A stretch of DNA of 63,454 bases, the filler included, from Octopus bimaculoides (Eukaryota), in NCBI RefSeq assembly GCF_001194135.2. It is 4 parts of 3 records of this genome, joined end to end, with 100 filler letters (N's around TTAATTAATTAA, not from the genome) between each part and the next. Parts side by side here need not be neighbours in the genome. Positions count along the whole stretch, not along the records: positions 18,257 to 38,635 come from NC_068997.1; 3 more parts are not named here. The stretch is one strand, 5' to 3'. How positions within the stretch are numbered: position 1 is the first letter of the stretch; each line of letters starts with the position of its first letter. Positions 24,292-36,410 of the stretch are shown piece after piece. Under the pieces are notes generated by a model. It was given only the letters and a program-made list of their open reading frames with translations. It was not told the DNA's origin and made no database searches. The position numbers and the translations under genes are program-made.

Positions 24292-25649
24292 AAAAATCAT
24301 TTGGTTGTTGTTGATATTTCTTTAAAATAAATATGGTGAGACTGACCAGAAAACAGTCATTAAATGATGATGGTCATCAGTAAGTTAAATACAGCATAAA
24401 ACTGAGTGGGTCCCAATGATGTAGAAATAAAGGTTGAAAGCTGTTAATGTACATACATAGCGCTATGGTTGTCTCCCAACCCATTTTATCTTTTGGCTCA
24501 CAAGCAGTGTCACCTAAACATTCTCTTCTTCATAATTCTCTTTCCAATCTCCTTTTCTTTGCACAGCACATACTTTATCTGGAATTCTGTGGTTTCCCTA
24601 ACCATGGTCAAAACAGCTCAAAACATTTCAGATTCTGTAGAGTAACAAGGCTGGACAGAAGATTACTTTGATATATTGTGACTGAAATTAATTTCAGAAA
24701 AAAAAATTACTTTCTTTCCAAGATAGTATTAACGTTTAATTGTACAACTTCTAATTGTCTTATTTCTGCAAACCTGTTGAGCAAATACTGCCATCAGAAT
24801 GGAGATTATTAACCAGTTTTATATCAAATATGATAAATTGTTTCAATTAACCATAAAAGTATGTATTAGAAAATATTTGTACTGGAAGTCTTTATTGTTC
24901 ATAGCTTTATTTTATAATGGATTGTTTGTAGAGTGATAGACGACAAATACATATACACATGTATATAAAGAGGAGTGAATATATATGATATATATAGGGC
25001 ATTAAATGATGATGATATATATGTGTGTGTATATATAATATAGGTAAATATTATGGTTAAATACAAACATTCTAAAGTTGATATAACTGGGCTGGGAAAG
25101 TGTATCTTGTTACGGTGAATGTATCTTATTTAATGTCACAGTCACAATGTGTGTACTGGTCTTTTGCTTTAGAAAATGTATCTATTTCTACTTTAAGTGA
25201 AATATGCATATAAAATAAATATTTAATTGGTGGAAATTGAATGGTTTATTTGCAAAAGCAAATACTTGTTGGAAGTAATTAACACATTTTTGTAGAAATG
25301 TTTGATAGTCTAGTTCTTATGTGTATTTGCCGTATTTTCATCCATGTTCAAAGAAATCTATGACTTATTGTTTTTTTTCCTTCTGATTTTACAATGTTTC
25401 AGTACCTTTATTTCATCTAAATCTCTTGTTTTTTTCCTTCTTCTGTAAAACCTGATTTATCAGATACTAACAATAGCTTTACTCTCTATTATTCCAGTGA
25501 AAATTGTTTATAAAATTATGGCATTAGTTTGCTTCTTTCAGTTGCTTTGAATTATGATTTTTTTGTTTTTGTGGATTTTAAGCTTTATTCCTAGTTTAAA
25601 CTGTAAGTTACGATTGGTAATATGTGTTTTAAAAATGACTCTTAATATA

Positions 25650-25867
25650 TGAGGGGCTACTGAAAAGTTCCTTGTTTTGGGTGAAAAAATTACAGGAGGA
25701 TCAGTTAATCATGATTTTTATTTAACATATTCCCCTCTCAGATTCACACACTTATTGCAACGGTTCTTCTGTTTTTCAAAGCCCTGCAAAAGCAATTAGA
25801 AGGTTGGGCCTCCAGCCAGGTCTTTTGTGAAGACCCTTAAAACCAGGAACTTTTCAGCACCCCCTCA
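25650..25867. mobile_element. Mariner-derived MITE
   Basis: TIRs TGAGGGGCTACTGAAAAGTTCC / GGAACTTTTCAGCACCCCCTCA with TA on both sides. Confidence 0.85.
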
Positions 25868-26835
25868 TACAATGTAATATGAAGGAATTGATAATTAATT
25901 GCCTGCCTATCTTTTTAAAGTTCCATTAACATATATGGCTTAGAAATTAAATTACTGTTACGTTAGATTAAATTGTTGTCCTTTTGATCTGCAGTAATGA
26001 CTTTCAGTTTGAACTCATCAAACATTAAGGATTTTAATATACTCTTTTTGTCTCCATCTCTAATAACCATACAATCAATATCTTGGTGTTCTTGAAAGAT
26101 TTGGAATGCTTGTTGGGTTTTTTAAAACCAAATATTCAAATTCTTGGAGCAAGTCCTATTTAAATATTTTTTATTTCAAGATCATAAATATAATGAAGAT
26201 TTGCCTATATTTTTGATATATGTATTAAAATAGGATTATTTCATATTAAATCACTACATTGTTGGGATTTATAATAGTATAATGTACATCAGTATAATGT
26301 GGTTTTATAATATTCTGGGACTTAACAATTTTAAATAGCCTAAGTTTGTATCAAGCTGCAAATTTACTTTTTTTCAGCTTGTTTGACGAGATTATAAGTG
26401 GCAGAATTGTATGTCTTAATCACATTGGCAAACAATTTTTTCTGGGTCCAAAGTGCCCTTTCTAGTTTGTTTTCTGTACTTTTATTTGAATAAGTTTGTT
26501 TGCTAGCAAGATGGAAATAGTTCCATTTTTTGTAAACATTTTTAATTGAAATGAGTTAGCTAAGAGAAATATTTCTGGTTTAGAATCATCGCTGCCACTG
26601 CCATCACCTTTATTTTTATGTCCATTTCCCAACGATTGGTCATCAACACTTGTCTATTGTCCAACTTTTTATGCTGGAATGGTATGGATGGAATTTTAGG
26701 ACATCCTTCTTTCTCAAGTTGATAGTTTTATCAATTCTTCATTTGGTTGTTTATTCAAAGTAGTCATAGCAGCCTCTTAATACCTTATCTACAATACAAT
26801 AACATGTTCTAACTACTGCATTGATTTCTCTAGTA

Positions 26836-27085
26836 CTGTGGTTCTCATCCAGGGTCCTTATGGCTCTTTGGGGCCCATATAGGACTTTGTTGTTGCAATA
26901 AATTGGTTATATTTCTACAATACACAAAATACCTTAACAATTTTATTTATTTTATACATTTCCTAATAGTATTTAACTATTAAAGTATGATAGGATTTTT
27001 TAAACATGGAATGGTTATGAAGGTTCACTTGAGTAAAATAAAAATCGAAAGGAGCCATAGGCAAGAAGATGGTTGAGGACCACTG
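26836..27085. mobile_element. hAT (Charlie/Buster-like) MITE
   Basis: 8-bp TSD CTCTAGTA (26828-26835, 27086-27093); TIRs CTGTGGTTCTCATCC / GGTTGAGGACCACTG. Confidence 0.85.
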
Positions 27086-27414
27086 CTCTAGTATATAGTT
27101 TCAGAGGCTTTCAAATAGCTCAGTCAGGTTGGATTCTCAAATGCACAATACCTAGCTGTCTTTGCTCATCACATTCTTTCTCTAATAAACTTTTCCACTC
27201 GACTGATTTGAGCTTTGTGAAGTGGAATTTTCTGATATGAGATTAATGTTAAGCTTTGTTGACTCTGATCACCTTATGTAGATAGTAAATAGTTTCTTCA
27301 GTGCTAAATCAATCCCATTTTAAGATGGAATGTTTTAGGCGAATTTTAGGTAGAAACACTGAAGGATAGTTGGTTCGTTTTTGTTACACGTTTTCAGAAA
27401 ATATTTTGAGTAAA

Positions 27415-27735
27415 TACTAGGCCAGCAATTTTGAGGGAGAGGGTAAGTTGATTACATTGACCCTGAAAGGATGAAAGGCAAAGTCCACCTTGGCAGAATT
27501 TGAACTCTGAATGTAAAGGCTGATGAAATGCAGCTAAGTATTTTGCCCGGCTTGTCAATGATTCTGCCAATCCTGCTGCTTTATTTTGAGTAAATATTTT
27601 TTTCTATTCTAGGCACAAGGCCCGACATTTTGGGGGAGAGGGTGAGTCGATTAGATTGACCCAGTATGCAACTGGTACTTAATTTATTGACCCTGAAAGG
27701 ATGAAAGACAAAGTCGACCTCAGCAGAATTTGATT
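27415..27735 (-). mobile_element. Two SINE family C copies, CpG-decayed
   Basis: Two reverse-complement cores (GGATGAAAGGCAAAGTCCACC..., GATGAAAGACAAAGTCGACC...). Confidence 0.8.
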
Positions 27736-27899
27736 TTGAGCAAATATTAAGACTGTTTAATTAATAAGTGCATCTCACCATAACATTTAACTTATCTCTG
27801 ACCTAATCTAATTTTATTATAGCTTCTCTGAATCGAACACACATTCACTATCAAATCATTTATTCTACCATCAGTTATGTATGTTGAATTGAATTTTTT

Positions 27900-28312
27900 G
27901 CTCAGGAGCGGCTGTGTGGTAAGAAGTTTGCCTGCCAACCATATGGTTTGGGATTCAGTCCTGCTGTGTGGCACCTTGGTCAAGTGTTTTCAACTATAGC
28001 CTTGGTACAGTCAAAGTGCTGAGTGGATTTGGTAGATGGAAACTGAAAGAAACTTGTCATACACATCCGCGCACGTGTGTGTGTGTATGTGTGTGTGTGT
28101 GTGTCTTTGTCTTCCACCACTGCTTGACAACCGGTGTTGGTGTGTTTGTGTCCCTGTAACTTAGTGGTTTGGCAAAAAAGACCTATAGAATAGGTAACCA
28201 GGCTCAGGAAAATAACAGTACTGAGCTCAATTTGTTTGAGTAAAATTCTTCAAGGTGGTGCTCCAGCATGACCGCAGTCTAATGACTGAAACAAGTGAAA
28301 GATAAAAGACTG
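27900..28312 (+). mobile_element. SINE family B, full length
   Basis: GGAGCGGCTGTGTGGTAAGAAGTTTG... to ...AAACAAGTGAAAGATAAAAGA. Confidence 0.85.
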
Positions 28313-30384
28313 ATTATTTGTATTAAAATTTTCATTCAGGTTTAGAATGAAATGTCTTGTAGTATAAACTTTGGCCCTTTTTATGCTCTGAAATCAGACT
28401 CTACTGAGACTAACTGTACCTTGTAACATTCTGAAGCTGTTAAAGTTGCTGTCAAGTACAGGGGTTGAGTTAATTGCCAAACATTGGCATAGCCCCAAGT
28501 TTCAAGCCTTGAAACTCCAGCTGGGAATCCACACAAATCTACTTAGGGCTGCTTTAAGAACAGAAGACTGCTCCCTCTCCCCCAATTATTTGTTTTGAAA
28601 AATATAGCAATGATGGAACTCTGGCTCACAGATCCTATAATTAGCAGGATATGTGGCAGATCTCTTATCATGCCTCATGTAAGTCAGTAGAAGAATTAAA
28701 TTCTTTATCCAAATGATTATCATGATTGAGAAAAAATGAAGTTTGCTTTTCAAATTATTCTATTAGTCCCAACTAATTTGAATCATCATCTTCTTCTTCT
28801 TCAAATATCTCCCTAACCGGGTTCGTTTCTTTCCTATCTTAGCTGCAATAAAGCAGTTGTTGTCTTTGGAATTCCTTATCTGTCAGCATTGTTAATATTA
28901 ACAAGGAGGACTCCTTATTACATAGGATCCACAACCAGAAAACTATTTGGAACCTATTAGAGATGCTATTATCATGCATGGACTTGAAAAAATTGGGGGG
29001 GGGGGGGGGNNNNNNNNNNTTGGTAAAAAAAATAATTTCTTTGAAAAATATGTTTCCTGGAAAGTGATTTGTTTTTTATTTCATGATTTTGTTCAAAATA
29101 TGTAACTGAAACATGATATGTTTAATGCCTTTTTTTTTCTTTTTCCTTGAAAAGCAATAAATATTATCTGTAGCAACAATTGGGGTCTATTAGGATTGTT
29201 TTTGGCTTAACTATTTCAAGATATAATTTGGTGTGTGGTGGGGGTTAATATTACAGGCCAAGAATTATAGCAATTAAGGGTTTAGTTTTGAATAGCATAC
29301 CAATATTATACTAGCAAATTTAATATCATTTGGTAATGTTAGCTTTCTGAATTGAAGCTTTTGTTAAAATGATAAATAAAACAAAACACAACCAGCTGCT
29401 GTATGTTGCCAACAAGTTCTGAGTAATTAGAATTTTTCTCTTCAAAATTTCTTTCTCTCTTCCTCAACATCTGTCATCCTCCTGTTTATTTACGGCTTGT
29501 TCTACCTTATTGTCTGCTACCGTTTCCAGATAGGTAGTAGTTTACACATTCCTGCAGAATAGTCTCCTTGCTTCAATATTTCAACAACCAGCATTAGAGG
29601 TGAAGGCAGCTATTCTCTCTGCTCTTGATGGGTTCTATAAAGGACAAGATAGTTAGAAAGTACAAGTCATTCTTTTTGTCACCTAGAAAAGGTAAAATAT
29701 GAAGATTATCTATATTTAACAAGATTTATTTGTTGAATAGTGTACTTGGCAATTAAAAAAAATTTTTTTGATATTAACAACAAATATTGTTTTGAAAATA
29801 TGCTGTTGATATTCTTAGTCATTACCGTAACATCAGTGAAAAAGAATTCTTTGATCTTTAGGGAATTTCTTTCCCAGTTGCAAATATTTTTGTAATCCCT
29901 AATTCAGTATCATTGCTTCTAGCCATAGTGTTCTAAATATCTTCCTCTAAATTTTTCTGAAACGTTTAACATAACATACTTTTATAGATGTCTTATTGTA
30001 TGGAAGATTACAACTAAACTTGTTGTTATCAGGTTTTCAAATAAATATATTCATGGCTACGATGTTACAGATGGCTGGCTTAGTATCTCTTCAACAAAGT
30101 AGGTTATTGTTTCATGTTAATAAGATCTTACACTTTGCCTACATACAACTGTCCTGTATATGTTTACTTGACCTTTGAACTTTTTTTTGAATTATTTATC
30201 ATGTCATTTCTGGTTGGGTGTGTCAGTTGTTCATCTACCATGCTATTTCTGTTGGTTTTTCTTGGATTATTTGTCCATTGTTTTCAGATGTCCAGGATTA
30301 GAGTAGAGTTTCAATTTTCAGACTTGTAATATTATTGAATTTGTTGTCATAGAATCCAGGTATTTGATGAATTAATATTGATTT

Positions 30385-30572
30385 CAAATTTTGGCACAAG
30401 GCCAGCAATTTGGGGGGAGGGGATAAGCCGATTACCTCAACCCCAGTGCTCAACTGATACTTATTTTATTGACCCTGGAAGCCCCAAAAGCAAAGTTGAC
30501 CTCAGCAGAATTTGAACTCTGAATGTAAAGATGCTGTTTAGCATTTTGCACGGCATGCTAACAACTCTGCTA
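30385..30572 (-). mobile_element. SINE family C, CpG-decayed
   Basis: GCAAAGTTGACCTCAGCAGAATTTGAACTC. Confidence 0.8.
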
Positions 30573-31299
30573 CCTTATTCTGATGAAATAATATTGGTTA
30601 ATCCTNNNNNNNNNNNNNNNNNNNNNNNNNNNNNNNNNNNNNNNNNNNNNNNNNNNNNNNNNNNNNNNNNNNNNNNNNNNNNNNNNNNNNNNNNNNNNNN
30701 NNNNNNNNNNNNNNNNNNNNNNNNNNNNNNNNNNNNNNNNNNNNNNNNNNNNNNNNNNNNNNNNNNNNNNNNNNNNNNNNNNNNNNNNNNNNNNNNNNNN
30801 NNNNNNNNNNNNNNNNNNNNNNNNNNNNNNNNNNNNNNNNNNNNNNNNNNNNNNNNNNNNNNNNNNNNNNNNNNNNNNNNNNNNNNNNNNNNNNNNNNNN
30901 NNNNNNNNNNNNNNNNNNNNNNNNNNNNNNNNNNNNNNNNNNNNNNNNNNNNNNNNNNNNNNNNNNNNNNNNNNNNNNNNNNNNNNNNNNNNNNNNNNNN
31001 NNNNNNNNNNNNNNNNNNNNNNNNNNNNNNNNNTAAACTTATTTGACAGCTTAAATTATTTAATCTTATTTCTATACAGGAAATATTTTCCTATTTCCGT
31101 TTTTATCAGTGAATGGAAGTGGGTGCTACAGATGTATTTCATAATTAATTTCTAATTCTAATTTCTTTTTAGTTTCCTGACCATTTTTAAAGATTTTGTT
31201 GCAATTTTGATTTTACTAGAAACTCTACTTATGTTGTATTCTTAACAATTTTCAACCTCCAGTTCAAACCTTCTGGAAAGCCATGTTTCTAAAAACTTT

Positions 31300-31342
<43 letters not shown>

Positions 31343-31399
31343 TGTGTGTGTGTGTGTGAATACCTCAATCAATCTCCTCCTCACATCATCCTTCTCTGC

Positions 31400-32060
31400 A
31401 GTCCACCCCCACCTCTCCTGATACCACTTTTATCTGTTGTTAATCCAGAACCATCTCATTTGTTAGCCGTTCTTCATCCATAAATATTGTTGCCCATACC
31501 CACATCTCAGTGACCATCTGCCTTCTCCCTCCCCGGACCACCAGATTATCTTTCCTCATGCACTATGCTCCCCTCTCCCCCTCTACCCACACCACTCCTG
31601 CAGCCAACTCAAACACCTCATTCCTTTTCTACCCCCATCAACAGTATCATCATCACTATCTTACTGCTAGCATCCCCCCCCCCCAACTTGTTTGTTCCTC
31701 CCCTCTCCCACTCCCCCATCTACCCCCATACACTCTTGCAAATCCCCACCCTTAGCCTTTACTTGAGGTGCACTTTATCTCTTTCAAGGTCCCACCAATT
31801 CATTCTCCCCCCCCCCCCNNNNNNNNNNNNNNNNNNNNNNNNNNNNNNNNNNNNNNNNNNNNNNNNNNNNNNNNNNNNNNNNNNNNNNNNNNNNNNNNNN
31901 NNNNNNNNNNNNNNNNNNNNNNNNNNNNNNNNNNNNNNNNNNNNNNNNNNNNNNNCTAAATGTGATTATCCATGCAGCTCCTCTACATCAAGGATTTACC
32001 AGCTCCTTTCAAACCGTCCAACCCATGACAGCATGGAACACATACGTTAAATGATGATGA
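31400..32060 (+). mobile_element. RTE-type 3' UTR remnant with CT-rich tract
   Basis: Pyrimidine-rich block, gap, then CCAACCCATGACAGCATGGAAC...GTTAAA(TGA)n. Confidence 0.5.
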
Positions 32061-33324
32061 TTTACCCTTCATTCTAAATATAAGAGCTCATTGCTTAAAC
32101 TACTAATGACTATTCATTTATTCGGTATTCTTTAATAAAGTTTAGTGCTATATAACCGGAATCTGTCGCACTGTGAATATGCTTTTTGTGTAATTTCATT
32201 TTCTAGTTCATATTATTCATGTTTTCAGAGTTATTCACATTATTTACAAATGGTTAATAAATGGGATCATGTTATTAAAATTGTGCAAATTCCATTTGAA
32301 CAGAGCATTGTTTGTGTTAACATTTGCTTCTTGGAATGAGGTCATTATTGAAATTATTTGCCTGAATGACAGTTGCTTCAATACCTGTTTCTCTTTATAT
32401 GCTAAGGGAGATTTGTCATGATAGAGTAAATATTTGTTCTTGGTTATCCTTTGCCTATGTAAAATTGTCAAAATCTCAACTGAATCCCAATATCCTCATT
32501 CAATAAAAGAACATGGCATTCGAAAAAGCAGAAAGGTTGCAATTTCCATTTTTCCTTATCAGAATTAAAGCAGAAAAAAAAAATTACTCCTCAACTCTTT
32601 TCTACTAATGAACCCTTTTGATTTCTATTTTACTTGGGCAGACCCTCATAGCCATTTGATGTTTAAAAAAATCTTATTGGTTATTTTTATAATTAAATAT
32701 CATTAGGGATTGTATAAAAATAATTATCAAAGTATTTTGTGTCCTGCAGAAGTATAACCGATTTTATTGCACATAAATGTTAACCACAAAATCTTATCTG
32801 GATCCCCAAGTGTCATGTGGACCCTGGTTGAGAACCCCTGCTCCACAGAGTTTCTTTTTAAATAACAAGAAACATTTGATAAATGAAATTTATTACTGAT
32901 GTTTCAGCCTTCTTTTTTAATGTGCTAAGTTTTCTTAATTTTAAATATCAAAATAAGTTTACCAATTGTGATGATCCATTTGTCATTGAAATATGAAATT
33001 AAACATTTTTAAGAGATAATGTCCACTGTAGTATCTATCAGATGTATTTTGGTGAGCTTAGATCAACCAAACCATAATCTTATTCTTGAATATCAGAGGC
33101 CCTGCTTTTTAAAAGTATAAAAAAATTTCCATAATGGACTTAATATTTGCGAAGACCAGCCCCTCGTCTTATTGTTTCTGTTTTGTCATTTGTGTCTAAA
33201 GAACATGTTACTTTTCAGTTTTCCAGTGTTTACTACAACATGGAAAAACTACAGGCACAAACTGCCGCATCTAACCCCAACCCTCTTTAAGTTAGCTTCC
33301 ACCACTTCACCCAAACAGGCTGCT

Positions 33325-33585
33325 TCCATTTTTACCTGAGTCAGCTGTCTCCTTTACGTCCGAGTCAACTGCCTCCTTTTTTTTTGTCCGAGTCAATGCT
33401 TGCTTCCCACCCAAGTCTGCTTTACCTGAGTCAGTTGCCCCCTTGCTTGAGTTGGCTACCCCCCTCTCACTTGAGTCAGCTGCCTCCTTGATCAAGTTGG
33501 CTCCCTCTGTTTCTTTCACCTGAGTTGGCTGCCCCCTTTCCACTCAAGTTGGCTGCCTCTGTTTCACCTGAGTTGGCTACCCCCA
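33325..33585. repeat. Degenerate 20-35-bp minisatellite (CACCTGAGTCAGCTGCC-like units)
   Basis: About nine imperfect units containing GAGTCAGCT or GAGTTGGCT. Confidence 0.8.
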
Positions 33586-33875
33586 TTTTGGTCTCCCTTT
33601 TCTTTCCATTACTATTGACTGCCTGTCATTGTCACTGGCATTTTTTAGTTACCCACTTTGTGACATACTGTCAGTTATATTTATATATATAATAAGATGT
33701 GGTCTGGTTTCTTTACAATTTCACATTGGTTTTGCCTTCATTTTCCTGTAGTGAATTTTTGTCTACAAATTTCTTCTGAAGATATGCATTCACTTTTCTT
33801 GAACAAGTAAATTTTATGATGTGATGATTTCTAATATTCATAACATTTCAAATGGTCCCTATTTCTTTGTTGTAG

Positions 33876-34010
33876 CTCCTATTCGAAAGGACTATCATAG
33901 CGAAGATGAAACCGATTTTATCAAACCAATGTCCAGATTGCATCCTATCCGTCGTAGCTCAAGTGCAACTGCACGTAAATCTTCCGGACTTGCCAGAGCA
34001 GTTACAACAG
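33876..34010 (+). CDS. Second coding exon of the unidentified gene (S-PIRKDYHSEDETDFIKPMSRLHPIRRSSSATARKSSGLARAVTT)
   Basis: Acceptor TTTCTTTGTTGTAG, donor GTAAGA at 34011; 135 nt, phase 1-1, open in the frame set by exon 19302-19434. Confidence 0.75.
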
Positions 34011-35195
34011 GTAAGATATACAACAGTGTTATGTCAGTTTTCAATTTGTTTGTTTTCCAGGTTAGAATTATAAGCTATTCAGTATGGAAATTTTTTAGGT
34101 AAACTGTATCACACTATTTCATTTTCTTGAGTCTCATGTTGAAAAATTTAGTCAGCTATTGCTATTTAAGTGTTTAGTATTAAGCTTTTTACCGTTCCTT
34201 CATATACGGAAAAGAAAGGTGAAAAGAAAAGATTTCCTAATTGGGCTAAGTTTGTTGATGATGGATTTCTCTGATAACTCTTCTATGCTGTAAATCTTCT
34301 CTTGCTGCACCACTACCAAAATGTTTTGTCATGTTTACACAACTGTTTTAAATATTCAACTTGATGACTACCATCATGAAAAATTTCCTTTATTTACATT
34401 ATTATTTCTGCACATTATTTTCAGGCATTGAATATTTAAGAACAGCTGGGCTAGTAAAATGATGTTTTTTCATAGTGTAAGCTTTGTGAAGTACCAAATG
34501 TCCTGCAGAAAACATGTTTAAATTCTGTTTTACTTGTGGGACAGGACACTTCATATCAATAATGTTTCATATTAATGATTTAAAAAAAAAAAAAAAATTG
34601 GTGTTTCAGGAGTGTTTCAGGAGTGTTAACTGCCAAAACTTTTTAATATTCTCTTGTCTTGATTAATAACTAAGCTTTTAACGGTGTCTTGCAACGGATA
34701 GTCTGGCAGTTAATGTGTTAATACAACCCCCCTCCCTACCAAAAAATTTCATTCTTTATATATAGTAGCAAATTTAATTGTTTTNNNNNNNNNNNNNNNN
34801 NNNNNNNNNNNNNNNNNNNNNNNNNNNNNNNNNNNNNNNNNNNNNNNNNNNNNNNNNNNNNNNNNNNNNNNNNNNNNNNNNNNNNNNNNNNNNNNNNNNN
34901 NNNNNNNNNNNNNNNNNNNNNNNNNNNNNNNNNNNNNNNNNNNNNNNNNNNNNNNNNNNNNNNNNNNNNNNNNNNNNNNNNNNNNNNNNNNNNNNNNNNN
35001 NNNNNNNNNNNNNNNNNNNNNNNNNNNNNNNNNNNNNNNNNNNNNNNNNNNNNNNNNNNNNNNNNNNNNNNNNNNNNNNNNNNNNNNNNNNNNNNNNNNN
35101 NNNNNNNNNNNNNNNNNNNNNNNNNNNNNNNNNNNNNNNNNNNNNNNNNNNNNNNNNNNNNNNNNNNNNNNNNNNNNNNNNNNNNTCCTCATCTT

Positions 35196-35231
35196 TTTCG
35201 GCTGATATACCCTCCAGCCTTCATCAGGTGT
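35196..35231 (-). ncRNA. Hammerhead remnant (core and stem II intact, 3' part deleted)
   Basis: Minus strand ACAC-CTGATGA-A-GGCTG(GAGGGTATAT)CAGCC-GAAA, then a ~20-nt deletion relative to the right arm. Confidence 0.6.
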
Positions 35232-35441
35232 TTGGGGGAAATTTCAAACCTGGGTTCTCATTCCTAAGGTATTTTTTTATGTTGTTATTATTATTCAGAT
35301 CACTGCCTGGAATCGAACTTGGAATCTTGGGGTTAGTAGCCTGCGCTCTTAACCACTACGCCCACTGGCATATGGCGTAGTGGTTAAGAGCGTGGGCTAA
35401 TAACCCCAAGACTCCCAGTTCAGTTTCAGGCAGTGACCTGA

Positions 35442-35483
<42 letters not shown>

Positions 35484-35532
35484 TCGAAAAATACGTTAGC
35501 AATGAGAACCCAGGTTTGAAATTTCCCCAAAG

Positions 35533-35576
35533 ACACCTGATGAAGGCTGGAGGGTATATCAGCTGAAATGTTGTGT
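35533..35576 (+). ncRNA. Minimal type I hammerhead motif, CpG-decayed
   Basis: ACAC-CTGATGA-A-GGCTG(GAGGGTATAT)CAGCT-GAAA-TG-TT-GTGT: stem I ACAC/GTGT, stem III ATGT (probably from ACGT), extra A after A9. Confidence 0.7.
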
Positions 35577-36064
35577 TAATAACAAACAAGATGAGGACAA
35601 ATATTCATCAATTGTAAATAATGTAAAAAAAAAAGTGTGTAAATCTTTATTTTGCTGAATATATTTTGTGGGTTACTTGTTAGAATTGATTATGAAATGT
35701 GTATGAGAGTAAGAGATTGGGAAAGAGAGAGAAAAACTGATTCTAAAGACATTTGGAGCCAAAGATTTAACCTAACCTTCTTTCTTGACCCCTTGCACAC
35801 CCATATGTATTTTGTTTCACTGTGTAATGGGACCAATTAGGACCTTTTTTTGGCAGTTTGAGATGATCAAACTGACCGATTCATTGTCTCTAAACAGGGC
35901 ACCGGAATTTATCTCCCTCTCCTTCCCAAGATGCCAAGCAGGAGTAAAGACGGGTTAGCGTTAAAATGTGATCAAGAATCTGTGCAGCACATCTCATTCC
36001 CATAATGCTAGGTTTGTGTCCTAACAATTGAGTTCCAATACTGTTGGTTCAACATCACCATTGC

Positions 36065-36410
36065 CTTCATCATTTAATGTTCATCTTTCAGCTGGATGTT
36101 TTGACAGGATTCAATGAGCTACAAAGCTGCATCAAGCTCTAATGTCAGCTTTGGTAGGATTTCTTCAGCTGGGTCCCCTTCTTGATGCCCACCTCTTTAC
36201 AGGGTGCACTGGGTGCTTTTTTCATGCCACTGTCGCTAGTGAGGTCACCAAGTAACTTGCAAGATGATAAAGAAAAAGGACCCCTCACCCCACTAAGAGT
36301 TGGTTGCGGAGGGAGGTGGTTGCATGCTGGGTGTTGAGAAGCTAAAGTATTATAGAAGGACAAGCTGAGGTGTCTTGCTTTGGAGGAAATGCATGTCTAC
36401 TCCCCATTAG
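36065..36410 (-). mobile_element. Family D (RTE 3'-UTR) degenerate copy
   Basis: Reverse complement of the family D tail and body. Confidence 0.6.

Larger units (their letters stand above)
35186..35625. mobile_element. Palindromic (head-to-head) pair of tRNA-headed SINE arms, each carrying a hammerhead motif
   Basis: Left arm 35186-35362 is the reverse complement of right arm 35374-35597; 11-nt spacer. A box TGGCGTAGTGG at 35373; B box GTTCGATTC in the left arm. Confidence 0.8.

Noticed and set aside
33307-33543. 78-aa minus-strand ORF with repeated ADS motifs
   Set aside because: A by-product of the minisatellite; no splice or homology support.
35374-35440. tRNA gene (also other tRNA-like heads in the window)
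   Set aside because: A and B boxes are present, but the acceptor stem is incomplete and the heads run into SINE bodies; no genuine tRNA gene is supported.
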